From the sequence record NZ_CP014126.2: DNA of 64,000 bases. One strand, 5' to 3'. The notes beneath the pieces are model-generated. The model did not search any database. It was given only the letters and a program-made list of their open reading frames with translations, and was not told the DNA's origin. The translations under genes were made by a program, and so were the position numbers. The DNA is from a plasmid. The number at the start of each line of letters is the position of its first letter. Position 1 is the stretch's first letter. Shown piece by piece: positions 1 through 8,623 of the stretch.

Positions 1-501
1 CCGGGCTTTACGGTCCTGATGCAGGAAAAAGCCCGTCTTGAATCCCTGCTGCCGCAGGGATGGGATAAAGACTTCACCACATTCTTCGATCTGAGCGGTG
101 AAACGCTTATGTCACTGATGGCGTTCTGCGTCGCCAGTTCAGTTGATGGGGTGCAGACGCGTGAATATCAGCGCACCACTGACAGCCGCCTGGACACACT
201 GGAAAATGCGATAGGCTTCCACATGCGTGACTGGTGGCAACCTACAAAGGCGAACTTCTTCGCTGACCTCAAGCATACACAGATTATCGATGCGCTGACT
301 GAGGCCGGATTTACAGGCGCGGCCGCTGACGCGGCGAAAATGAAGAAAGGCGATGCTGCTGAACTGGCAGAGGGAAAAATGCGGGATACGCGCTGGGTGC
401 CAGCCTGGATGAAAGCGCCGGAGCCTGAAACGATTGACGCGGCCGGGTCTGCTGAGGCTGGCAGTGACACTGACAACAACGACTCCGCTCACGCGGCCTG
501 A
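1..501 (+). CDS. ParB-like leading-region protein, 3' fragment (gene starts upstream of window)
   Basis: ORF is open to the window edge. Acidic C-terminus. Sits immediately upstream of psiB, as the ParB-like gene does in F-type leading regions. Assigned by position only. Confidence 0.35.
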   Translation, partial: PGFTVLMQEKARLESLLPQGWDKDFTTFFDLSGETLMSLMAFCVASSVDGVQTREYQRTTDSRLDTLENAIGFHMRDWWQPTKANFFADLKHTQIIDALTEAGFTGAAADAAKMKKGDAAELAEGKMRDTRWVPAWMKAPEPETIDAAGSAEAGSDTDNNDSAHAA

Positions 502-508
502 TAAGGAG

Positions 509-529
509 CGCCGCCCTTCGGGGCGGCAT
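509..529 (+). terminator. GC hairpin gccgccc-ttc-ggggcggc between the ParB-like gene and psiB
   Basis: Perfect inverted repeat seen directly. No clear U-tract. Confidence 0.3.
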
Positions 530-539
530 GGAGACAAAC

Positions 540-977
540 ATGAAAAATAACAATGCTCTGAATCTGACCGTGCTGACCGGAATGCACCCCTGCGAATTTG
601 AGGAGTGGCGCGAAAGAGGCGAGAACGATCGCCATATTCTGACCAGCGCTGTCGCGCAGCTGCTGCACGTGCCAGCGGGCTGGAATGTCAACGGGGAATA
701 CCGTGGCGAATTTGGCGGATTCTTTCCGGTTCAGCTGCGCTACACGCCGCCCGGAGAGGCGTTCAGTCTCTGCGTATGCAGTCCGGGAGACGTGTCCGGG
801 GAGTGGCTGATTGTACTCGTGTCAGCTGACGGTAACTGCGTGCGCGAGGTACTTAGGCTGACGCCGTTCGACCCGCAGCGTATCAGCGACCTGATCGCCG
901 CAGCGGCGCAGGCATCACTGCTGGAACACTGCGCAGCCGGCATGGCGGAATATCTGGCAGAAGGAGAGTTCGCATGA
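540..977 (+). CDS. psiB: Plasmid SOS inhibition protein PsiB
   Basis: [20 protein letters not shown]...[10 protein letters not shown] matches the F PsiB core [20 protein letters not shown]...[12 protein letters not shown] RBS sits before the ATG at 540; the ORF-track start at 528 is an alternative. Confidence 0.85.
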   Translation: [145 protein letters not shown]

Positions 978-1705
978 TCCCTGTCAGCCGTTCACTGGTT
1001 CCGCTTTCACCTGCACGCCGTGCAGCGATGCAGGCCATCGCGTTCGTTGAAAACAGGCATGAACGTAACGTGTACTGTGCAGACTATCCGTATGCACACG
1101 CCTTTTTTCGCCTGCTCAGGGGTAGCAGGCGAGTGACGCTGAAAGAAATCCGCTTTTTCCGTCCCTCGATGCTTGAGGCCGAATTCAGGGGTAACAGACA
1201 GTCATGGCTGGCAGCGATTGACCGGATGATTGCCAGTGCCGGTGAGGACTGTCCGCATCCGCTGAGCAGTTATGATGTTCACGATCTGTTTCCGGGATGG
1301 CGATTTCAGGGCACCGAGCGGCAGCGGCGAAAAACGGAGCTGCGCGATGAGAAGTATTCCCGCCAGTATCGCCGTGAGAGGGAGGAGAAAACGCGCACTC
1401 ATCAGGCGATAAAAGGACAGGCTGAGATTGACCTGGCATTCCACACGCCAGCCAGTGTCAGCAGCTGGATATCACGCTGGTCTGACTCGCAGCTGCATCA
1501 TACCGAGCTGGAGATCATGTTTTATCGGTGGAGTGAGAGATTCCCTTCACTGGAATCTCTGGATCGCTGGGAAATGGCAGGCCAGCCGTTATGGAGACTG
1601 GGGGCTGAGGCCGGGTTCCTGTCAGAGGAATCGACAGGGATGACGCAGGCGCTGGAACGCTGGATGGTACCCAACAAGTTGATGTTCAGGCCGGTGGCGG
1701 TATGA
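974..1705 (+). CDS. psiA: Plasmid SOS inhibition protein PsiA
   Basis: 239-243 aa with colinear similarity to F PsiA (LVPLS..., YPYA.AFFR.L.GSRR..L...RFF.PS, FYRWS.R.PSL...D.WE..GQPLW). Start overlaps the psiB stop. Confidence 0.85.
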   Translation: MIPVSRSLVPLSPARRAAMQAIAFVENRHERNVYCADYPYAHAFFRLLRGSRRVTLKEIRFFRPSMLEAEFRGNRQSWLAAIDRMIASAGEDCPHPLSSYDVHDLFPGWRFQGTERQRRKTELRDEKYSRQYRREREEKTRTHQAIKGQAEIDLAFHTPASVSSWISRWSDSQLHHTELEIMFYRWSERFPSLESLDRWEMAGQPLWRLGAEAGFLSEESTGMTQALERWMVPNKLMFRPVAV

Positions 1706-1926
1706 GCCGGGGCGATTACAGCACTGAACTTAAAACGGCGCGGAGTCAGCGCCGCAGGCTGGTAACCATGAAGGAAAAACTCTGCGCAATGTCGGGTGAG
1801 TGGGAGGGACTTTCAGGGGCGCAGGAGACTGAAACAGAGCGTCTGGCAGAGGCCGTTAGTGAGCAGATAAGGCGGCTGGACGATGACATTGCCTGGTGGC
1901 GGGCCGGTGGAGGCAAAGAGAGCTGA
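1702..1926 (+). CDS. hypothetical small charged protein (74 aa)
   Basis: ATGA start/stop overlap with psiA suggests translational coupling. No recognisable family. Confidence 0.3.
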   Translation: MSRGDYSTELKTARSQRRRLVTMKEKLCAMSGEWEGLSGAQETETERLAEAVSEQIRRLDDDIAWWRAGGGKES

Positions 1927-2030
1927 TGCTGAATGGTGACGTAATACGCAGACAGCAGCGATATTAAAGCGCTCAGCATGATCCCGGCACCGGCAGAGTT
2001 TGTGCGGCAGTTTTTCAGACAACCGACTGC

Positions 2031-2565
2031 CGGACATGGCCCCCTTCGGCTCCCCGGCGTTGCCGGGTCGTCAGTCCCACTCCGCTAACCGGCAAAGCCG
2101 GTAAGCTCCGCCGAACCCCTTCGGGTTTCGGACATAGGGCCTGATGGCTCAGGTCAAAGGCTGCAACCGGCTTTCGCCGGTGCTTCAACCGGGCGCGCTG
2201 CGCCCTTTAAAGGCGTCACGCCGTTCCGTCGTGACGACTGTGTTCATGCTCATCCCTGTGCTGTCACCCTTTTCCGGCTGGTACGGAGCGGAGGGCTTTT
2301 CGTAGCACAGTCATCCGTTCGCCCACTAGGGGTACGCTTCGCCGTTCCTCGCCCGTTCGCACTCGCCACAAAGACGGCTCGCTTGCGCTGCGGCCTGCGG
2401 TGACGCCCCGTGTTCGCCCGTCTGCCGGTGCTACTTATGCCCTTCGCCGCTCCATACCAACCGAAACAGGGTTTTAGTAACCATCAGAGGAAAACCAGCA
2501 TGAACACACAGAACGTCAAAACCGCCGCAACCAAAACCACCGAAACCTGGGCTGAAGGTCAAAAC
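2031..2565 (+). repeat. Leading-region structured repeat, copy A (Frpo/ssi-like ssDNA promoter candidate; includes RBS and first about 22 codons of the downstream gene)
   Basis: About 535 bp, near-identical to copies at 4963-5483 and 6956-7493 and to the first about 145 bp at 8865-9010. GC-rich with many local hairpins, e.g. aaccggc-NNN-gccggt and ccggcaaagccgg. Confidence 0.7.
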
Positions 2566-2907
2566 ACTAATTACTACCTGGGAGATCGTTTTACCAGCGC
2601 AGAGGGGTACGCCGAAGAAGTGCGGAATTACTGGCTGAATCGTGAGGCGGCGGCGGTAAAAGCGCCTGCGGAGATCGACGTACACCGCTTTCACGATGCG
2701 CTGGGGACACTCTATCCGCTGAACTGGGCATCCAGTGATAGCGGGAACTGTGAAACGTTCATGTTCGCAGAAATGTATTGCGGTGAGGTAACGGACATCT
2801 ACGCCCGTATCGGGGTGCGTTACTTCCGGCTGCGTAATTATAACCACATGACCCACGCTCAAATCCTAACGAGCGTTAAGGAGGCATTTGAACTGAACCA
2901 GAAATGA
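2500..2907 (+). CDS. hypothetical leading-region protein A (135 aa) with shared N-terminal leader MNTQNVKTAATKTTETW
   Basis: GAGGA RBS then ATG at 2500. The first 17-22 codons lie inside the repeat, and the rest is unique. Function unknown. Confidence 0.55.
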   Translation: MNTQNVKTAATKTTETWAEGQNTNYYLGDRFTSAEGYAEEVRNYWLNREAAAVKAPAEIDVHRFHDALGTLYPLNWASSDSGNCETFMFAEMYCGEVTDIYARIGVRYFRLRNYNHMTHAQILTSVKEAFELNQK

Positions 2908-2996
2908 AAAAAGCAGGCATAAGCCTGCTCATTCACCGCCGGAACCACGCGACCAACGAACGTTCCGGCGCTGTCAAACTTAACGGAGATAAACCC

Positions 2997-3143
2997 ATGC
3001 AATTCGACCCGCAAATCGTGTCACACGCACAGGCATTTGTAAATGCCCTTCGCAAAGGGAAGCGCGCGCGCGTCCCGGCTATTCGCCTGGAGCACTGGCA
3101 GCAGTTTATGACGCTGGTTTATGCCGGACTCGGCCTCGCGTGA
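2997..3143 (+). CDS. small conserved protein (48 aa), paralog of 7920-8057
   Basis: GGAGA RBS. MQFDPQIVSHAQAFVNALRKG aligns with MIFDMQIVAHAIAVVNAMRSG in module C. Same position after a leader-tagged gene. Confidence 0.45.
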   Translation: MQFDPQIVSHAQAFVNALRKGKRARVPAIRLEHWQQFMTLVYAGLGLA

Positions 3144-3153
3144 TGTGAAAAAG

Positions 3154-3173
3154 CCGCCCCTGATCGGGGCGGC
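3154..3173 (+). terminator. hairpin gccgcccc-tgat-cggggcggc
   Basis: Perfect 8-bp stem directly after the small ORF. Weak U-tract. Confidence 0.3.
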
Positions 3174-3191
3174 TGTAAAAGGAATCGATTC

Positions 3192-4010
3192 ATGTCACAG
3201 ATAAGTTTTGCGGAATTTTTTGACCAGGTACAGGACGCGGCACCGGTTGTTCAGCATCCTTTACCTGCGCTGCCGGTAAAACTGCCTGCGGTTTCCCCAC
3301 CCGTGTTAAGCCTTGCAGCGGCGAGAAGACAGTTTATCAGCGTCTTCCATGAGACAGCGTATAACCTGCGCCGCTGGGAGGTGTTCAGCGATTTCATTAT
3401 CCTGGCGGCCAGTGAACTGGATATCGCCCGGATCAGAACGCCGGAAAGCATTGAACGCTGCCGGAAAATCAGCGAACGCTACAGCGCCGCCGACATGCGC
3501 AATATGCACGAACTGTTCGCGCTGATGGTATGTGCGCTTCAGGCTCAGTTTCATGATTTTCTGGGCGCTGTTTTTATGGAGCTGGAGCTGGGCGACGATC
3601 GCCAGGGGCAATATTTTACGCCTTACAATGTCCAGTCAATGATGGCACGCCTGCTGATGCCCGGCGTGATTGATACCATCCGGCGGGAAGGGATGTTTAC
3701 CTTGTCAGAGCCGACCTGCGGAGCCGGGGGAATGGTTATCGCTTACGCAGAGTGCCTGATTGAAGCTGGGCTTAACCCTTCCGTTCAGATGTTCGTCAGT
3801 TGTATCGATATTGATCCTGTCGCGGCGGATATGGCGTTTATACAGCTTTCCCTGCTGGGCATTGCCGCTGAGGTTGTCACCGGTAATACACTGACGCTGG
3901 AGTTTAACCGGGTACGCTATACACCGGCTTACTATCTCAACGATTTCGAAGAACGCCTTGAAAGTCAGCGCCGGATCAAGGCTATGCTGGCTTTTATCAG
4001 GGCAATGTAG
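3192..4010 (+). CDS. N6-adenine DNA methyltransferase-like protein (AdoMet-binding motif I present, catalytic (D/N)PP(Y/F) motif not found)
   Basis: FTPYNVQSMMARLL....LSEPTCGAGGMVIAYAE....CIDIDPVAADMA resembles the HsdM/gamma-class MTase N-terminal motifs. The 272-aa protein ends before any NPPF/DPPY. Methylase-like genes are common in IncF leading regions. Confidence 0.55.
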   Translation: MSQISFAEFFDQVQDAAPVVQHPLPALPVKLPAVSPPVLSLAAARRQFISVFHETAYNLRRWEVFSDFIILAASELDIARIRTPESIERCRKISERYSAADMRNMHELFALMVCALQAQFHDFLGAVFMELELGDDRQGQYFTPYNVQSMMARLLMPGVIDTIRREGMFTLSEPTCGAGGMVIAYAECLIEAGLNPSVQMFVSCIDIDPVAADMAFIQLSLLGIAAEVVTGNTLTLEFNRVRYTPAYYLNDFEERLESQRRIKAMLAFIRAM

Positions 4011-4127
4011 GCCCGGACAAAACAGCAGGGAACAGAAAGGCAGGGAAGCCGCAATTACGGGTTTGTATGGGGTGCATGAGTCATGCAGAAATTGCACAAT
4101 ATACGGAATTTCGTATAATGAGGAGAT

Positions 4128-4461
4128 GATGCGTAAGAAAATCAGTTTTATTGACAGCAGTCTTGAGGATTTACGAGCTTTCCCGGAAGAGGCCCGCACC
4201 GCGTCAGGGTATCAGCTTGACCTGGTGCAGCAGGGACTGGAACCGGACGACTGGAAGCCATTTGCTTCAGTCGGTCAGGGAGCACGTGAAATACGCATCC
4301 GGGGTAATGACGGCATTTTCCGGGTCATGTATGTCGCCAAATTTGAAGAGGCCGTGTATGTGCTGCACTGCTTCCAGAAAAAGACACAGAAGACCAGCCA
4401 GAGTGACGTGGAACTTGCCCGGAATCGTTATCGCAGACTGGCAGAGGAGCGTAAAAAATGA
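4128..4461 (+). CDS. HigB/RelE-superfamily toxin (Gp49-like killer protein)
   Basis: 111 aa. Sits upstream of and overlaps (ATGA) an XRE-HTH gene, which is the HigBA arrangement. Typical size and charge. Confidence 0.55.
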
Positions 4462-4748
4462 ATATTCAGACTTTTGATAATGTGTGGGACGCGATCAGCG
4501 AAACGCCAGAGCAGGCGGAAAATATGAAACTTCGCGCCGAGTTAGTGAGCCGCCTGAATAGCTGGATTAAACGTAATGGCCTGAATCAGGCCACTGCCGC
4601 CGCTGCGCTGGGCGTTTCACAGCCAAGAGTGTCAGAGCTGGCAGGAGGCAAAATTAACTGCTTCTCGATTGATAAGCTGGTCAGCATGATGGCGCATGCC
4701 GGACTGCACATAACCAGTATTGAGATAAGCGAACCAGAGGCAGCTTGA
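4458..4748 (+). CDS. HigA-like XRE-family HTH antitoxin
   Basis: HTH segment NQATAAAALGVSQPRVSEL. 96 aa. Coupled to the upstream toxin. Confidence 0.6.
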   Translation: MNIQTFDNVWDAISETPEQAENMKLRAELVSRLNSWIKRNGLNQATAAAALGVSQPRVSELAGGKINCFSIDKLVSMMAHAGLHITSIEISEPEAA

Positions 4749-4805
4749 GCTGCCTTTTTGCCCCGCGCAAACTGCCAGGGCGGTAGCCCCTGCGGGGCAG
4801 GATAA

Positions 4806-4829
4806 ACCCGGTGCTGACGCACCGGCTAT
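4806..4829 (+). repeat. hairpin aaacccggtgc-tgac-gcaccggct, copy 1 of 3 (also at 6808-6831 and 8718-8741)
   Basis: Perfect 7-bp stem seen in three places. In copies 2 and 3 it is embedded in a longer 170-bp repeat. Confidence 0.6.
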
Positions 4830-4904
4830 ACCCTTTCACCTGACCGTCTTCATCCCTTCCCATCTGATGCTGATAGCTTGCCGTTTCTGATAACCGGGCT
4901 GATT

Positions 4905-4962
4905 CTGCCACTGCCACTGCCACTGCCACTGCCACTGCCACTGCCACTGCCACTGCCACTGC
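4905..4962 (+). repeat. Hexanucleotide microsatellite (CTGCCA/GCCACT) x about 9.7
   Basis: Perfect tandem hexamers seen directly. They abut the 5' edge of repeat copy B. Confidence 0.95.
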
Positions 4963-5483
4963 CGGGACATGGCCACCTTCGGCTCCCCGGCGTTGCCGGG
5001 TCGTCAGTCCCACTCCGCTAAGCGGCAAGCCGCTAAGCTCCGCCGAACCCCTCCGGGTTTCGGACATAGGGCCTGATGGCTGAGGTCAAAGGCTGCAACC
5101 GGCTATCGCCGGTGCTTCAACCGGGCGCGCTGCGCCCTTTAAAGGCGTCACGCCGTTCCGTCGTGACGACTGTGTTCATGCTCATCCCTGTGCTGTCACC
5201 CTTTTCCGGCTGGTACGGAGCGGAGGGCTTTTCGTAGCACAGTCATCCGTTCGCCCACTAGGGGTACGCTTCGCCGTTCCTCGCCCGTTCGCACTCGCCA
5301 CAAAGACGGCTCGCTTGCGCTGCGGCCTGCGGTGACGCCCCGTGTTCGCCCGTCTGCCGGTGCTACTTCTGCCCTTCGCCGCTCCATACCAACCGAAACA
5401 GGGTTTTAGTAACCATCAGAGGAGAACCAGCATGAACACACAGAACGTCAAAACCGCCGCAACCAAAACCACCGAAACCTGGG
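4963..5483 (+). repeat. Leading-region structured repeat, copy B
   Basis: Near-identical to copy A. Carries a compensatory hairpin variant (gcggc-aa-gccgc versus ccggc-aaa-gccgg). Confidence 0.7.
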
Positions 5484-6364
5484 TAAAACAAAACTTCGAC
5501 GTGCATCTGTCGATGCGCACAAATCGCCGGGTTAGTCTGGCGAAGCTGGAAGGCGATCTGATGAAGCACCGTGCCATGCAGAAACTGGGCGTTGATACTG
5601 AAGAGCTTTTCGATGACCTGCAGCTGGCAGTTGCGTGCATAACCACAATGATTGACAGGGGTGACATCGTCACACCGTCCGGATATGAGCTGGCGTCATC
5701 CGTGCGGTCTCTGGCTATCGAACTGTATCCTGAAGCGTGGGAGGCCGTGGATGGTCCTGATCTGCCGGAACTGGCATGGCTGCAGGCCGATGCTCCCGGA
5801 TGTCGTGAGGCTGAGCGTCAGTTATATATTGAGAATGCCCGTCCTTTTGGCGTCACCGTATACGGCTGCATGGAGTTCCATGAGGATGATCGAAATCTTG
5901 GCACGTACTGGCAGGATGGGGCAGTTTGCCTGGGCCGTGCTGATTCCATCACGGAGGCAATGGAGTTGCTGGTTCAGGCTGATCTGAACAATGACTGGCA
6001 ACTGTGCGACTACGATGCACTAAGCTTTCAGCCGAAGGTCGTCACGATCACCGACCTTGCACATCGAGTTGTGCTGCGCGGCAATGCCAGTAAGCTGGAA
6101 TGGACTGTACCTGAAACCGATCCGGCGGAACTTGAACGGATCGCTGAACAGAAAGCGGCACTGCTGAGCCAGGCTGCATTCGAGTCAGGCTGGGATAACT
6201 TTGAGACTGCCCGCATATTACGTAGCGAGGCTAACTTGTTGGAACTGGGCACCGTTCACGCCGTATGGCTGAACGATCCGAAAGTGGCAAAAGCCTTAAG
6301 AGAATACCGGCATCCGTCAAAACGCCTTGATGAAACAGAACTCATGGAAAATCTGGAGTTTTAG
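5432..6364 (+). CDS. hypothetical leading-region protein B (310 aa) with shared N-terminal leader
   Basis: Same RBS plus 17 codons as gene A, then a unique sequence. No family recognised. Confidence 0.55.
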   Translation: MNTQNVKTAATKTTETWVKQNFDVHLSMRTNRRVSLAKLEGDLMKHRAMQKLGVDTEELFDDLQLAVACITTMIDRGDIVTPSGYELASSVRSLAIELYPEAWEAVDGPDLPELAWLQADAPGCREAERQLYIENARPFGVTVYGCMEFHEDDRNLGTYWQDGAVCLGRADSITEAMELLVQADLNNDWQLCDYDALSFQPKVVTITDLAHRVVLRGNASKLEWTVPETDPAELERIAEQKAALLSQAAFESGWDNFETARILRSEANLLELGTVHAVWLNDPKVAKALREYRHPSKRLDETELMENLEF

Positions 6365-6434
6365 ACCGTTGCATGACTCGTGCTGCCTGGAATGCACTGA
6401 GCACCAGGTGGCGCGAAGGTAACAGGAGCTACCC

Positions 6435-6755
6435 ATGGTAAATAACACTGCACCCGATGTAAGACTGCCTGCGGCATTTTCGCAGCCTGAATCATTGAAA
6501 ATCGCTGACATCGGTTGTCTGGCCAGTCTCATCCAGCAGCAGGATAGCTACGATGGTGCAGCCATCGAATCTGCCGCAGCGGCCGTTAACATGTTCGCCA
6601 GCTGCACGGGACTGGACAGTGAAAATGACCTGGCTGCAACAGCGATTACCGATTTGCTCACAAACCTCATGCACCTATGTGAAGTGATTGATCTGCCGTT
6701 CTGTGAGTTTCTGAGTCGCGCCGGTGAACATTTCGAAAATGAAACCGGCAGCTGA
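6435..6755 (+). CDS. small strongly acidic protein (106 aa, about 17 D/E versus 3 K/R)
   Basis: Composition counted by eye. DNA-mimic-like charge. Follows gene B. Confidence 0.45.
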   Translation: MVNNTAPDVRLPAAFSQPESLKIADIGCLASLIQQQDSYDGAAIESAAAAVNMFASCTGLDSENDLAATAITDLLTNLMHLCEVIDLPFCEFLSRAGEHFENETGS

Positions 6756-6784
6756 ATCCGTGCCGTGCAGGGCACAAAGCCTGC

Positions 6785-6955
6785 AGGCCTTTCAGGCCAG
6801 GCAAAACCCGGTGCTGACGCACCGGCTCTCCCCCTCCGCGTTCTCTGTAGTCTGCCAGTGATGCCGGGTGTTTCACTGCTGTCCGGATGGTGTCGCCGGT
6901 TATGCAGGCTCAGATGCAATTGCTGCCTTTACTGACTAAACATCAACTTCAGGGG
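6785..6955 (+). repeat. 170-bp upstream repeat module, copy 1 (contains the ccggtgc-tgac-gcaccgg hairpin); identical copy at 8692-8864
   Basis: Identical sequence blocks seen directly. Each one directly precedes a copy of the structured repeat. Confidence 0.8.
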
Positions 6956-7493
6956 CCGGGACATGGCCACCTTCGGCTCCCCGGCGTTGCCGGGTCGTCA
7001 GTCCCACTCCGCTAACCGGCAAAGCCGGTAAGCTCCGCCGAACCCCTCCGGGTTTCGGACATAGGGCCTGATGGCTGAGGTCAAAGGCTGCAACCGGCTA
7101 TCGCCGGTGCTTCAACCGGGCGCGCTGCGCCCTTTAAGGGCGTCACGCCGTTCCGTCGTGACGACTGTGTTCATGCTCATCCCTGTGCTGTCACCCTTTT
7201 CCGGCTGGTACGGAGCGGAGGGCTTTTCGTAGCACAGTCATCCGTTCGCCCACTAGGGGTACGCTTCGCCGTTCCTCGCCCGTTCGCACTCGCCACAAAG
7301 ACGGCTCGCTTGCGCTGCGGCCTGCGGTGACGCCCCGTGTTCGCCCGTCTGCCGGTGCTACTTCTGCCCTTCGCCGCTCCATACCAACCGAAACAGGGTT
7401 TTAGTAACCATCAGAGGAGAACCAGCATGAACACACAGAACGTCAAAACCGCCGCAACCAAAACCACCGAAACCTGGGCTGAAGGGCAAAACA
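6956..7493 (+). repeat. Leading-region structured repeat, copy C
   Basis: Near-identical to copies A and B. Shares 5 extra codons (AEGQN) with A. Confidence 0.7.
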
Positions 7494-7816
7494 TCAACGG
7501 CTTGGATCCGGCACTGGCTCAGAGCCTGGATTATCTCAGGTTATTGAAGTCGGAGAGCATGACCGAGGAAGAACGTTTTGAACTTCTCACAGGCACTCTG
7601 ATGAATATGGCTGAAGAGGTTTGCAAGACGGTTACTGACTGGTCGCGCCCGCGCCCGATGATCCCGCTGGCATCATTTAAAGCGTGGATTGCAGCGGCAC
7701 ACATTGCGCACGGCTATCCAGACGGAATAGGCGATGCAGCATGGGGATACGCAAGCAGTGAACTGGCTTTGATTCTCAAAGCCGGATACGCCATGCATAA
7801 AGCGGATATTGCCTGA
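7427..7816 (+). CDS. hypothetical leading-region protein C (129 aa) with shared N-terminal leader
   Basis: Same start context. The unique body is acidic. Confidence 0.55.
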   Translation: MNTQNVKTAATKTTETWAEGQNINGLDPALAQSLDYLRLLKSESMTEEERFELLTGTLMNMAEEVCKTVTDWSRPRPMIPLASFKAWIAAAHIAHGYPDGIGDAAWGYASSELALILKAGYAMHKADIA

Positions 7817-7845
7817 TGAGAGAAGTGCAGATGTAAAAAAAGCAG

Positions 7846-7871
7846 AGTTTCCTCTGCTTTCTTCACCGCCG
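7846..7871 (+). terminator. hairpin aaagcagag-tttcct-ctctgcttt followed by a T-rich tail
   Basis: Inverted repeat plus ttctt directly after gene C. Confidence 0.4.
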
Positions 7872-7919
7872 GTATTTACGAGATACCGGCAACATCAAAA
7901 CCAGAATCTGGAGAGATAT

Positions 7920-8057
7920 ATGATTTTTGACATGCAAATCGTCGCACATGCCATCGCGGTTGTAAACGCAATGCGCAGCGGCCAGCTGGCACATTTAGCG
8001 GCAATGGTGTTTTCACAGTGGATGCAGGTAGCGCGTAAGGTGGAGAAGCAGCCATGA
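7920..8057 (+). CDS. small conserved protein (45 aa), paralog of 2997-3143
   Basis: GGAGAGA RBS. Alignment with the module A small ORF. Confidence 0.45.
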   Translation: MIFDMQIVAHAIAVVNAMRSGQLAHLAAMVFSQWMQVARKVEKQP

Positions 8058-8623
8058 GCCAGATTATTAAGCATCCACATTCCACAGCATTCACCAGCCT
8101 GATTCAGCAGGACGATATCACCAGAGTGATGGGCAAATACTGCCTTATTCGCCTGGATAATGGTGCAGAGTCCTTCTGGCACAATGGCCATTATGTCTGC
8201 GAGGCAAACGGTGCATACGGTGAAACGGGTGTGTCAGACATTGCCAGGCTGACCGCACGGGCGGGTGGTCATTCGTTACGGTGCATCGAGCTGCCGGTGC
8301 CTGATGGAGAGTGGTGCTGGGGTGATATAGCGGAAACACTGGCTCGCAGTGCCCTGAGTGAAACGGTACGGGCCTCCTGCATCGTGACGGGCTGCATAAC
8401 AGCGCAGGGCAGGGGGGTTCACTTCTGCAATCATCCGCTGCTGAGCGGCGACAACTCGAATCTGTGGTTTCCAATTGGCAACAATGAAGACTGGTTTGCG
8501 GCTGTGGAACGGATTCTGATCATGAACGGTTTAGCCGAAAATCTCACCAGTCTTTCACCGCTTCGTGACGGACCAGATTACATGGACTGGAAAGCGACCT
8601 ATAACAGGAAGGTCATAATCTAG
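8054..8623 (+). CDS. hypothetical protein (189 aa, Cys/His/Trp-rich)
   Basis: ATGA overlap with the small ORF. No family recognised. Confidence 0.4.
   Translation: MSQIIKHPHSTAFTSLIQQDDITRVMGKYCLIRLDNGAESFWHNGHYVCEANGAYGETGVSDIARLTARAGGHSLRCIELPVPDGEWCWGDIAETLARSALSETVRASCIVTGCITAQGRGVHFCNHPLLSGDNSNLWFPIGNNEDWFAAVERILIMNGLAENLTSLSPLRDGPDYMDWKATYNRKVII

Noticed and set aside
2410-2499. Upstream ATG extensions of genes A, B and C (MFARLPVLL...)
   Set aside because: The extension lies within the structured repeat and lacks an RBS. A strong GAGGA/GAGGAGA RBS precedes the internal ATG that gives MNTQNV....
4905-4962. Possible CRISPR array
   Set aside because: It is a perfect 6-bp tandem repeat without spacers. 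It is a microsatellite, not a CRISPR array.
4681-5067. 128-aa minus-strand ORF containing (AV)n
   Set aside because: The poly-Ala-Val tract is simply the reverse-complement translation of the (GCCACT)n microsatellite. The ORF spans repeat and intergenic sequence.
5196-5387. 63-aa minus-strand ORF (MERRRAEVAPADGRTRG...) present identically at 5196-5387 and 7191-7382
   Set aside because: It lies wholly inside the GC-rich structured repeat. The identity is explained by the repeat itself, the sequence is Arg/Gly-rich as expected from GC content, and no RBS is present.
6548-6919. Minus-strand ORFs (MHLSLHNRRHHPDSS...) at 6548-6919 and 8639-8827
   Set aside because: They sit inside the duplicated 170-bp upstream module. 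They are a likely artefact of repeated non-coding sequence.
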